Shown here: positions 17,946-26,869 of the stretch, piece after piece
How the letters are laid out: the number at the start of each line of letters is the position of its first letter
Numbering within the stretch: the first letter of the stretch is position 1
Assembly (NCBI GenBank): GCA_963978095.1
Contig: CAXBQP010000028.1
Coordinates: 1-42,047 of the forward strand
DNA: 42,047 nucleotides
Direction: 5' to 3'
From: an uncultured bacterium
GTDB lineage: Bacteria > Gemmatimonadota > Gemmatimonadetes > Gemmatimonadales > Gemmatimonadaceae
The notes under the pieces: model-generated
What the model was told of the DNA's origin: nothing
What the model saw: the letters and a program-made list of their open reading frames with translations, nothing else
Database searches by the model: none
Program-made: the position numbers and the translations under genes

Positions 17946-19264
17946 TGGCCGTGTCTCCCCGCTGGTTCGAGCGACACACTGGATATCAGCCCGCTGACCG
18001 CGCGCGTCGACGTGCATTCGTGATGGTCACGACGCTCTTCTTCTTCTGGGCGTTCGTCCACAACATCAACGGCACATTGATCCCACACTTGCGGAAGGCG
18101 CTGCTGTTGACCGACACGCAGTCGGCGTTGATCGACGTGGCGATCTACCTGGCCTACTTCCTCGCCGCGCTTCCGGCGGGGATGGTGATCGCGCGGCGTG
18201 GATACCGGTTCACGATCATCGCCGGGCTGTCGCTCTTTGCGCTGGGCGCGGTGCTGTTCGTTCCTGCCGCACTCTCCCGGACGTACGGCGTGTTCCTCCT
18301 GGCGTTGTTCGTCTTCGGATTCGGGGCGGCGTTCCTCGAGACCGTCGCCAATCCGTACATCTCCGGCCTGGGCGATCGTGAGCACTCAACGTCCCGCCTC
18401 AACTTCGCGCAGTCGTTCAATGGCGTGGGTGCCGTGCTCACGCCGCTCATCGGGAGCGGGTTGATCCTGTCGGGTGTCACCTACTCGGATGCGCAGCTCG
18501 CGGCGTTCACGCCCGCGCAGCTGGACGCCTATCTGCAAGGGGAGGCGCGCAGCGTGGTGCTGCCGTACCTGGTGCTCGCCGCGGCGATCGTCGCGATGAT
18601 CGTCCTGTTCGTGCGTCAGCCGATTCCGGAGGTCGGCGGGATCTCGGGGGACGAGGGTGGCCTCCCCTGGGGGTCGCTGATGCGGCATCCGCGCCTCATC
18701 CTCGCGGTGATCGCGCAGTTCTTCTACGTGGGGGCGCAGGTGGGCGTCGGCAGCTTCTTCGTCCGCTTCTCGCAGCATGCGGCCGGCATGTCCGACAAGC
18801 AGGCCGGCTTCCTCTGGGGGAGTCTGGCGATGGTCGGGTTCATGCTCGGGCGTTTCGCCGGAACGGCGGCCATGCGAACGGTGGCGCCGCCTCGACTGTT
18901 GGCGATCGTCGCCGTGGCCGCTGCGGCGGCACTGACGGGCGCGATCAACCTGACCGGGGTTCCCGCTGTCGCGCTGCTGATGACCGTCCCGTTCTTCATG
19001 TCGATCATGTTCCCGACGATCTTCGACCTCGGGATCACGGGGACGGGCTCCGTGGCAAAGCTCGGATCCTCGCTGATCATCATGGCGATCGTCGGTGGGG
19101 CCGTGATTCCGGTGGCGATGGGGCGCATCTCCGATGCGACGCACGATATCCAGCGCGCCTTCTACGTTCCCGTGGCCTGTTTCGCAGTCGTTGCGCTGTT
19201 CGGGCTGTACGCGGCGCGTGTGACGAGCGATGCACCGGATGATGCCGTGGAGAGGGCCGCCTGA
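17945..19264 (+). CDS. fucP: L-fucose:H+ symporter (FucP/GluP family MFS)
   Basis: LFFFWAF..N.N..LIP, FLETVANPY, RLNFAQSFNG, AQFFYVGAQV, MSIMFPTIF, IMAIVGGA. TGATG overlap with the upstream gene. Confidence 0.88.
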   Translation: MAVSPRWFERHTGYQPADRARRRAFVMVTTLFFFWAFVHNINGTLIPHLRKALLLTDTQSALIDVAIYLAYFLAALPAGMVIARRGYRFTIIAGLSLFALGAVLFVPAALSRTYGVFLLALFVFGFGAAFLETVANPYISGLGDREHSTSRLNFAQSFNGVGAVLTPLIGSGLILSGVTYSDAQLAAFTPAQLDAYLQGEARSVVLPYLVLAAAIVAMIVLFVRQPIPEVGGISGDEGGLPWGSLMRHPRLILAVIAQFFYVGAQVGVGSFFVRFSQHAAGMSDKQAGFLWGSLAMVGFMLGRFAGTAAMRTVAPPRLLAIVAVAAAAALTGAINLTGVPAVALLMTVPFFMSIMFPTIFDLGITGTGSVAKLGSSLIIMAIVGGAVIPVAMGRISDATHDIQRAFYVPVACFAVVALFGLYAARVTSDAPDDAVERAA

Positions 19265-19587
19265 TGCCGCGGTTCGTGCTCGCACTGGACCTGGTGGAAG
19301 ACCCTCGGCTGATCGCCGAGTATGAGGCGCACCATCAGGCCGTCTGGCCGGACATCCAGGCCAGCATCCGCGACGCCGGGATCACGTCGCTCCAGATCTT
19401 CCGACTCGAGAATCGACTGATGATGATCCTCGAAGCCGGTGATGGTTTCAGCTTCGAGGCCAAGGCTGCGGCCGACGCGGCGAATCCCGCGGTGCAGCGG
19501 TGGGAACAACTCATGTGGACGTACCAGCGTGCGATTCCGGGCGGTGCGCCCGGTGAGAAGTGGCGGCTCATGACACGGATTTATTAG
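19264..19587 (+). CDS. L-rhamnose/L-fucose mutarotase (RhaM family)
   Basis: IAEYEAHHQAVWP..GI...IF, NPAVQRWEQLM, W..M..I. TGATG overlap with fucP. Confidence 0.9.
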   Translation: MPRFVLALDLVEDPRLIAEYEAHHQAVWPDIQASIRDAGITSLQIFRLENRLMMILEAGDGFSFEAKAAADAANPAVQRWEQLMWTYQRAIPGGAPGEKWRLMTRIY

Positions 19588-19618
19588 GTCGACGGCTACG
19601 ATTGGAGGCACCACGTCC

Positions 19619-19873
19619 ATGCTGACTCATCTCGCCCCCGCGATGCACGCGCTGTTCGTGCCGGGGAGTCTCACCGATGCGACGGTCACGCGTGACCCGC
19701 TGGTGGTGTGCACGGTATGCACCGCACGCTCCGCGGCGGAACCGGGCCTACGGGCTCACATCCGTGCTTACGTCGGCGCCGCGGTCGAGGGCATTGCCTG
19801 GGCTGGTGAGAACGTGCGGCAGCGGAAGGCGGGAGACGCGTCCCCACATAGCCCTAACGCGCTCCTGCGATGA
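19619..19873 (+). CDS. Possible small hypothetical protein
   Basis: GGAGG 10 nt upstream of ATG. Stop overlaps the next ATG (ATGA). One CxxC. Codon usage is unconvincing. Confidence 0.3.
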   Translation: MLTHLAPAMHALFVPGSLTDATVTRDPLVVCTVCTARSAAEPGLRAHIRAYVGAAVEGIAWAGENVRQRKAGDASPHSPNALLR

Positions 19874-21456
19874 CGGCGTTCGACTATGACTGGCTGATCG
19901 TCGGGTCCGGCTTCGGTGGGAGCGTGTCGGCGCTGCGTCTGAGCGAGAAAGGGTATCGGGTCGGTGTGCTCGAATGCGGCCGGCGTTTTGCCGACGACGA
20001 GTATGCCGCCACCACGTGGGATCTGCGTCGGTTCCTCTGGGCCCCGGCACTCGGGATGCGGGGAATCCTGCGCCTGACCCCCTTCAAGGACATTTTCATC
20101 GCGAGCGGATCCGCAGTGGGCGGCGGCAGCGCCGTCTATGCCAACACGCTCTACCGGGCCAAGCCGGCCTTCTTCGAGAATCCGCAGTGGCACGGCCTGG
20201 AGAACTGGGCGGAATCGCTGGCGCCCCACTACGCGACCGCCGAACGCATGCTCGGGGTCGCGACGGTTCCGTTCGCGAGTGGAGGCCAGGCACTGCTCCA
20301 GGAGGTCGGCGCCCATTTCGGAAAGCGGGAGACTTTCACGCGCACGCCGGTCGGCGTCTTCTTCGGTGCGGCGGGCCAGACGGTGGCGGATCCGTACTTC
20401 GGCGGCGAGGGGCCGGACCGCACCGGCTGCACTCGCTGCGGCGCCTGCATGGTGGGATGCCGGGTCGGGGCCAAGAACACTCTGCTCAAGAACTATCTGT
20501 GGTTCGCGGAGAAGCGGGGCGCCGAGGTGATCGCGGAGCGCGAGGTGACGGATATCGTCCCGATCGGCGCGCCCGACGGCAGTGATGGGTATCGCATCAC
20601 CACGCAGCGCCCGGGCGCCTGGTTCGCCAAAGCGCGGCGCACTTTCACGGCGCGCGGTGTGGTGATCGCCGCGGGGGCGCTCGGGACGAACCGCCTCCTC
20701 CTCCGGTGCAAGACCAATGGCTCGCTCCCTCGACTGAGCGATCGCCTGGGGGAACTCGTGCGCACCAACAGCGAGAGCATCCTGGCCATCACCTTGCCGG
20801 ATGACTCATCACGCCCGTGGAACGACGTGGCCATCAGTGCCAGCGTGCATCCCAACGCCGATACGCACATCGAGTTCTGCACGTATGGCCAGCACGGCGA
20901 CTTCATGAGTTTCCTGCTCGCGCCGCTGACGGGGCAGGGCACGCGGCTCACACGACCCCTGATGATGGTGGGGAGCATCGTGCGTCACCCGCTCCGGTTC
21001 CTGCGCGCGCGATTCCCGGTGGGCTGGAGTCGGAAAACGTTGGTGATCCTCGTGATGCAGTCGAGCGACAACGCGATCGCCTTCCGCCCGAAGCGCGGGA
21101 TCTTCGGATTCGGGCTCCGCACCGAACAGCATGCCGAAAAGCCGAATCCGACCTTCATCCCGGAGGCGAATGCCGCGGCGGAGTTTCTCGCGGCGCACAC
21201 CGGGGGAATCGCCTCCAGCGGCGTGCTCGAGGCCGCGGCGAACATCCCCACCACGGCGCACATCCTGGGCGGTGCTCCGATCGGGCGCGATGCGACGACC
21301 GGAGTGGTGGACAGCCGCCACCGGGCATTCGGCTATGAGAATTTCATGATTTGCGACGGCTCGGCGATGCCCGCCAACCCAGGAGTGAATCCATCGCTCA
21401 CCATCACCGCGCTGGCGGAGCATGCGATGGCCCATGTGCCGGAGGCGCCGCGCTGA
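19870..21456 (+). CDS. GMC oxidoreductase, ChoD/cholesterol-oxidase-like
   Basis: GSGFGGSV, VGGGSAVYANT, CTRCGACMVGC, KNTL.KNYL, TAHILGG, GVNPSLTI. Confidence 0.9.
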   Translation: MTAFDYDWLIVGSGFGGSVSALRLSEKGYRVGVLECGRRFADDEYAATTWDLRRFLWAPALGMRGILRLTPFKDIFIASGSAVGGGSAVYANTLYRAKPAFFENPQWHGLENWAESLAPHYATAERMLGVATVPFASGGQALLQEVGAHFGKRETFTRTPVGVFFGAAGQTVADPYFGGEGPDRTGCTRCGACMVGCRVGAKNTLLKNYLWFAEKRGAEVIAEREVTDIVPIGAPDGSDGYRITTQRPGAWFAKARRTFTARGVVIAAGALGTNRLLLRCKTNGSLPRLSDRLGELVRTNSESILAITLPDDSSRPWNDVAISASVHPNADTHIEFCTYGQHGDFMSFLLAPLTGQGTRLTRPLMMVGSIVRHPLRFLRARFPVGWSRKTLVILVMQSSDNAIAFRPKRGIFGFGLRTEQHAEKPNPTFIPEANAAAEFLAAHTGGIASSGVLEAAANIPTTAHILGGAPIGRDATTGVVDSRHRAFGYENFMICDGSAMPANPGVNPSLTITALAEHAMAHVPEAPR

Positions 21457-21493
21457 CCCTTCGCGCGGCGCCTCCGTTCCCACGGGACGCACG

Positions 21494-22246
21494 CTACTGC
21501 GCCAGATAGCCGCCGTCGACCGGGTAGTACGCGCCGGTGGCGAACGAGGCCTTGTCCGACGCGAGCCACGTGACCAGTTCCGCGACCTCTGAGGGCTCGC
21601 CGAGGCGCCCCATCGGATGCATGCCCGCGAGCCGTCCCATGATTTCCGACGGGATACTCTCGAGCAACGGTGTGTTGATCACGCCCGGACCGACGCAGTT
21701 GATCCGCACGTTCCTGGCGGCGTACTCGAGCGCCGCGTTCCGGGTGAGTCCGATCACGCCGTGCTTCGCCGCCGCATACGCGGGTGACCCGCGGAATCCG
21801 ACCGCGCCCAGGATCGAAGCCATGTTGATGATCGCCCCTCCGCCGGCGGCCACGATCGCGGGAAGTTGCGCGCGCATGCCATAGAAGACGCCGGAGAGGT
21901 TCACCGCGATGACCTGGTGCCATCCGTCCAGCGGATAGTCGGCCGTGAATGCCGCCGGGCCGCTGATCCCCGCATTGTTCACGGCGAGGTGCAGTGCGCC
22001 GTAGGCTTCGACCGCACGGGCAACCAAGGCGACGCCGTCGGCTGGGTTGGAGGTATCGCAACGCACCGCGATGGCGCGTCCTCCCTGGGCGTGCACGCGC
22101 GCGAGGGTTTCGGCATTGCCGGCGTCGTCGATGTCGGCGATGACAAGGTGCGCCCCTTCGCGCGTGAACTGTTCGGCTACGGCACGACCGATCCCCGAGC
22201 CCGCACCGGTAACGATCGCGACTTTGCCTGCCAGAATTCCGGACAT
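21494..22246 (-). CDS. Classical SDR oxidoreductase, probably NAD(H)-dependent
   Basis: TGAGSGIG, IADID, NNAGI, YAAAKHG, VDGG. Confidence 0.95.
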   Translation of the reverse strand: MSGILAGKVAIVTGAGSGIGRAVAEQFTREGAHLVIADIDDAGNAETLARVHAQGGRAIAVRCDTSNPADGVALVARAVEAYGALHLAVNNAGISGPAAFTADYPLDGWHQVIAVNLSGVFYGMRAQLPAIVAAGGGAIINMASILGAVGFRGSPAYAAAKHGVIGLTRNAALEYAARNVRINCVGPGVINTPLLESIPSEIMGRLAGMHPMGRLGEPSEVAELVTWLASDKASFATGAYYPVDGGYLAQ

Positions 22247-22277
22247 CGGTGCCTGTCTGAGGGTGCGCGGTGACGAA

Positions 22278-25200
22278 TCAGCAGTGCGGAGGTGGTGCGA
22301 CCTTTGGCGCGCTGATCGCTGGCCTCCCGTGCGTGGTGAGCACGGCGTTGAGCGCGGTGAGATCCTTGCTCGCGATGCGCGCCCAGAGGGCGAGGACCGT
22401 CGTGAGGTCCTTGCATGTCGCCGCGAAGGCGGCTTGTGAACTCGCGGTCGGCGCGTGGTCGGCGTTCTCCTGCGTCGTCAGTTGTGCCGCGAAGGCGCCA
22501 TTGACGGCGCTGAAGGTTGGGTTCGCACCACTGCCGCCACCGCGTCCGCCACGCCCACCGCTCGCCCCGGATACGGAGTCCAGCTTCGCGGAGAAGGCGG
22601 TGATCGCACTGGTCACCTCCGGTGCGCCCGCGGTCGCCGCCGCGGAAGCCGCCGCGCTCACCGCGGATCGGAGTTCCGCCACCTGTGTGGCCGCGCGCGC
22701 CGCGAGCGTGATCCCGTCGTTGATGCCCACGAGCAGCGTGTGCTGCGCGATGACGGCGGTCGCCGTCGCTGGTGAGCGGGGATCATTCGTGACCGTGAGC
22801 GGTTGCGAGTAGCGCGTGCCGTCGACCGTGAGGGTCACCGTGTAGCGCCCCGGTGCGGCAAGGATTCCCTCCGGCGACGCGGGCGTTTCGCCGGGGTTGG
22901 CGTTGATCTCGAAACTGTGCGCGGTGACCGCGGGCGGATCGTGGCGGAAATCCCACGTGGCGCGGTTGAGTCCGACGGCCGTGGGGATGCGTTGCGGTTC
23001 CGCGACCCACCAGTTCGGATGTGGCGGGCGCGCCGCTTCGGCGACCGGCGCCGCGGGCACGCTCGACAGATGGCGCACCGGCTTTCCGGCGGCGTCGCTG
23101 ATGTCGATGGTGACCTCGCCGGTCGGCGTGCGCTCGAGGGCGTAGTAGATGATCGCGCCGTTCGGGGGATTCTTGGCGTGCGGGATCTCCGGCGGAAGGG
23201 GCGTGTCGGCATTGACGTTCCGGCGCGTGCGGATCGCGGTGCCCGGAGCGAACAGGTGGACGGACGCGCTCGCCACGACGGGGGTGAGCTGGCGCAGCGG
23301 CGAGATGTCATCGAGCACCCAGATGCCGCGGCCGTAGCTGCCGGCGATCAGGTCGTTGCCGGCGATGGTGAGGTCGCGGTACGAGGTGTTCGGGAGGTTG
23401 AGCGCGAGCGACTGCCAGTGGTCCCCGTCATCGAACGAGACCTGTACCCCCGTTTCGGTGCCGGCGAACAACAGTCCCGCCCGCTTGGGATCCTCGCGCA
23501 CGACCCGCGTCACGCTGCCCGCGGGTTCCTTCACCGGGAGGCCGTCGACGATCTTGGTCCATGTTTTTCCGAAGTCGCGGGTCCGGTAGATGTACGGCGC
23601 GAAGTCGCCGAGCCGTTGGAACTCCACCGCCACGTAGGCTTCGCCGGCGTTGACGTGCGATGCTTCGATGCCCGAGATGTTGGCGCGTCGCGGGTTGGGG
23701 AGATCGGCGATGCTGACATCAGTCCACGTCTTCCCCTCGTCGCGCGTGACGTGGATGAGCCCATTGTTCGTGCCGACCCAGATGATCCCGCTGCCGACCG
23801 TCGACGCGGCGAGTGACTCGATGGCACCGCGTCCGCCGCTGGTGTTGGCCGCCGTAGCGGAATCGAGTCCCTTGGGGATGCCGAGCTCACCGCTGATCTT
23901 CCTCCAGTGGCTCCCGCCGTCCGTGGTGGTGTAGACCACGTTCATCGCCGCGATCAGAAGCTTGGGATTCCACGGGGCGAAGGTGATCGGAGCCGATGAG
24001 GTCGAGCGCGCCTTGGCGGCGGGGTCCAATGCCGGACTCACGTTGATCCACTGTTCACTCGGATAGTTGATTTTCACCACTCCCGCGCCGCTCGCGAACA
24101 CCACGTTCGGGTTGGTGGGGTCGGGAATGATCGTTCCCCATTCCCACCCGTTGACCGAGTTCCAGTCGAAGATCGTCACGGCCCCGTAGTTGCCGCGGGC
24201 GCGAGTGCGGATGGCGCCAGCGTCCTGCTGGGTGGCGTAGATCCAGTAGGGGTAGGAGTTGTCGGTCGAAATGTGGTAGACCTGCTCCACCGACTGGTTG
24301 TACCACGAGCTCCAGGTGGCGCCACCGTCGAGCGTGATGGTCGCGCCTTGATCGACGCCGAGGAAGATGCGCTGGCCGTTGGTGGGATCGATCCAGATCT
24401 GCTGCGGGTCATCGCCACCCGGTGCTCCCTTGAAGCCCGTGAAGCTGTTGCCGCCGTCCGTGGACTTGTAGCTCGAGGTGCTCAGGACGTACACGATATC
24501 GGGGTTTTTCGGGTCGACGGCCACGCCGCAGTTGTAGCCGCCCTGTCCGTTGCGGATTCGGCTGTCGGAGGCGGCCATCTGCTTCCAACTGCCTCCGCCG
24601 TCGTCGGAGCGGTACAGGCCGGTGTTGGTGACCAGGAAGAGCCGTTGCGCATTGGTGCCCATGGCAACGGCGATCGAGGTGCGACCGGCGAGCCGTGGCA
24701 GCCCGGTCCCCTTGGATTCATTCCAGGTGAGACCGCCGTCGGTGGACTTGTAGATGGCCGTCCCTGTCGCGCCGGTCGTCGCAGCGCCTCCAGAGGCTGG
24801 CGGCGTCGCCGGCGTGGGGGCGTTGTAGTGCCGCACGGTCGTCGCGAAGATCGTGTTGGGGACATCGTTGGCGCGCGCCAGTTTCTGGACGCCCGTCTCA
24901 CGGTCCACGAACAGCACGCGCGTCCAGGACTTCCCGCCGTCCTCCGTGCGGAAGATGCCGCGATCCTCCGTCGGCTGATGGATATCGCCTTGGGCGGCGA
25001 CCAGGACGACATTCGGGTTCCTGAGGTCGACGAGCATCGACGGGATCTGTTTGCTCGCCGCGAGTCCGGCGCGTTGCCAGCTCTTGCCCGCGTCCGCGGA
25101 GCGGTAGACACCATCCCCTTCGTTGATCACGCCCCCGGTGATCATGTCGCCGGTCCCGACGTAGACCACATTGGGATCCGAGGGGGCAACTTCCACCGCG

Positions 25201-25505
25201 CCGATCGACGACACGCTCTTGATGTCGTCGAAGATGGGGGTCCATGTCATGCCGGCGCTGGTCGTTTTCCAGACGCCCCCGGCGGGAAAGCCCGCGTAAT
25301 AGACTCCCGGCTGGCCAGCGACGCCAGCGACCGCGGCGACGCGACCGGAGCGAAAGGGGCCGACATTGCGCCATTCGAGTCCGGCCAACAGGCGGGGATC
25401 GACGGTCACGCGTCGCGCGGGGGTGAATGCCGCGACGCCAACGGCAACGAGCCCAACAGCCACACCGGCCAGCGGCCAGCGACGAAGATTCAACAGAGCA
25501 TTCAC
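22278..25505 (-). CDS. Secreted BNR/Asp-box beta-propeller protein (VPS10/sortilin-like)
   Basis: WRNVGP..SGR, many S/T-x-D-x-G-x-S/T-W repeats, C-terminal APGRYTVTL. Start assigned to GTG 25505, before the signal peptide. Confidence 0.9.
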   Translation of the reverse strand: MNALLNLRRWPLAGVAVGLVAVGVAAFTPARRVTVDPRLLAGLEWRNVGPFRSGRVAAVAGVAGQPGVYYAGFPAGGVWKTTSAGMTWTPIFDDIKSVSSIGAVEVAPSDPNVVYVGTGDMITGGVINEGDGVYRSADAGKSWQRAGLAASKQIPSMLVDLRNPNVVLVAAQGDIHQPTEDRGIFRTEDGGKSWTRVLFVDRETGVQKLARANDVPNTIFATTVRHYNAPTPATPPASGGAATTGATGTAIYKSTDGGLTWNESKGTGLPRLAGRTSIAVAMGTNAQRLFLVTNTGLYRSDDGGGSWKQMAASDSRIRNGQGGYNCGVAVDPKNPDIVYVLSTSSYKSTDGGNSFTGFKGAPGGDDPQQIWIDPTNGQRIFLGVDQGATITLDGGATWSSWYNQSVEQVYHISTDNSYPYWIYATQQDAGAIRTRARGNYGAVTIFDWNSVNGWEWGTIIPDPTNPNVVFASGAGVVKINYPSEQWINVSPALDPAAKARSTSSAPITFAPWNPKLLIAAMNVVYTTTDGGSHWRKISGELGIPKGLDSATAANTSGGRGAIESLAASTVGSGIIWVGTNNGLIHVTRDEGKTWTDVSIADLPNPRRANISGIEASHVNAGEAYVAVEFQRLGDFAPYIYRTRDFGKTWTKIVDGLPVKEPAGSVTRVVREDPKRAGLLFAGTETGVQVSFDDGDHWQSLALNLPNTSYRDLTIAGNDLIAGSYGRGIWVLDDISPLRQLTPVVASASVHLFAPGTAIRTRRNVNADTPLPPEIPHAKNPPNGAIIYYALERTPTGEVTIDISDAAGKPVRHLSSVPAAPVAEAARPPHPNWWVAEPQRIPTAVGLNRATWDFRHDPPAVTAHSFEINANPGETPASPEGILAAPGRYTVTLTVDGTRYSQPLTVTNDPRSPATATAVIAQHTLLVGINDGITLAARAATQVAELRSAVSAAASAAATAGAPEVTSAITAFSAKLDSVSGASGGRGGRGGGSGANPTFSAVNGAFAAQLTTQENADHAPTASSQAAFAATCKDLTTVLALWARIASKDLTALNAVLTTHGRPAISAPKVAPPPHC

Positions 25506-25732
25506 AATTTCACTGGGGCAGGAGTGGGGTTGTTGCCAACCCAGTATGCACCTCGTATTGAAGGGCAGGCAAGGAGCGACCAACGGGTGCTCGGCTTCTC
25601 CGCGCCGAATGGCAGCTGAATAGAAAATGAACGGCGTATAACTACTTTACGGACGTACGGCTCGCCTGTAGCTTTAGTACAGAACGGCGATACTCCAAGA
25701 CATCGCGACCACTCAGCCCCCGTCATCAGTCG

Positions 25733-26791
25733 ATGCTCCGAAATCGTTCCGCTACGCTGTTGCTCGTCGTCACTGGTTCGGTCGCGCTGGCCATTGCCGC
25801 GTGCTCGGAGTCCGCCACTTCCCCCGCGGCCCCGGCGCGTTTCCAGGTCGCCGGCGCGAACGCGGTCGCCTCCATCGAAAGTGAGGGGCGGAGCTCGCGC
25901 TTCAAATTTCACGAGCCGCGGGATGGCGCACAGGTCTCCAGTGAGGCGAGCGCCCAGGCGACCACCAGCACGACCTCGTCGAGTGCGGGGGCGGGGATCA
26001 GCTTCCACGGCGGCGCGGTGCTGCAGGCCGCGACGAACGTCGTCGCGATCTACTGGGCGAGCACCCCGATCTTCGTGAACGGGCCGCAGCCCGGAACGGG
26101 ACTCGGGACGGCCGACGGGTCCATCGTCGGCTTCTTCCTGCGGAACCTCGGGGGATCCCCCTGGTCCAACATCAACACGACCTACACCAGCGCGACCGGT
26201 GCCAAGATCGCCAACGTCGTGAAGTACACGAGCTATTGGGCGAACGCGACCAACGTGCCCGCTGCGGGTTCCTCGGTCACGGACGCGGCGATCCTCACCA
26301 TGCTCCAGAGCGGCTTCACCGCGGGCACTCTCAAGTACGACTCGAGCACGGTGTACACGGTCTTCACCGGCCCGAAGGTCAATCTGGGTGGAGGCGCGGG
26401 CACAAGCTACTGTGCATACCACTCGGCCGCGAAGCTCACGATCGGCGGCGTGTCGCGCACCGTGCTCTACACCGCGCAGCCGTACGCGGCATCGTGGCCG
26501 TCGGCCTGCACCGCCACGAACGTCTCGGCGAATGGCGACCTCGGTGCCGACACCCAAGTCAATTTGATCGCGCACGAACTCACCGAGACGACCACGGACC
26601 CGCTCGGCAATGCCTGGTACGATGCGGTCGGCCGGGAGAACGCCGACAAGTGCGCGTGGAACTTCGGCAGCACGTCCAGCAATGCGCTGAGCAAGAACAT
26701 GAAGTACAACGTGGTGCTGGGCGGGAAGTACTTCCTTGTCCAGACGAACTGGCAGAACTACGGTAGCGGGGGTTGCGTCATCAAGTTCTGA
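25733..26791 (+). CDS. EXORDIUM/Phosphate-induced protein 1 (Phi-1)-like lipoprotein
   Basis: Lipobox AIAAC. FHGGAVL, YCAYHS, IAHELTETTTDP.GNAWY, ENADKC, FLVQTNW. Confidence 0.85.
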   Translation: MLRNRSATLLLVVTGSVALAIAACSESATSPAAPARFQVAGANAVASIESEGRSSRFKFHEPRDGAQVSSEASAQATTSTTSSSAGAGISFHGGAVLQAATNVVAIYWASTPIFVNGPQPGTGLGTADGSIVGFFLRNLGGSPWSNINTTYTSATGAKIANVVKYTSYWANATNVPAAGSSVTDAAILTMLQSGFTAGTLKYDSSTVYTVFTGPKVNLGGGAGTSYCAYHSAAKLTIGGVSRTVLYTAQPYAASWPSACTATNVSANGDLGADTQVNLIAHELTETTTDPLGNAWYDAVGRENADKCAWNFGSTSSNALSKNMKYNVVLGGKYFLVQTNWQNYGSGGCVIKF

Positions 26792-26869
26792 GCCGAAGGT
26801 GACATGAACCACGAGCGCCGCTGCCCGAGTTCGGTCGGCGGCGCTCGTGCCATCATCCCCTCGGCACCG

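Noticed and set aside
16650..18017. 967-aa ORF suggesting a large N-terminal extension of the M20 peptidase
   Set aside because: The extension is the antisense shadow of the nucleotidyltransferase-kinase gene. The signal peptide begins at 16649.
25506..25732. AT-richer intergenic region as a riboswitch or ncRNA
   Set aside because: I recognised no aptamer consensus. Divergent promoters explain it (e.g. minus-strand TTGCCT-N18-CATACT). An Rfam scan would settle it.
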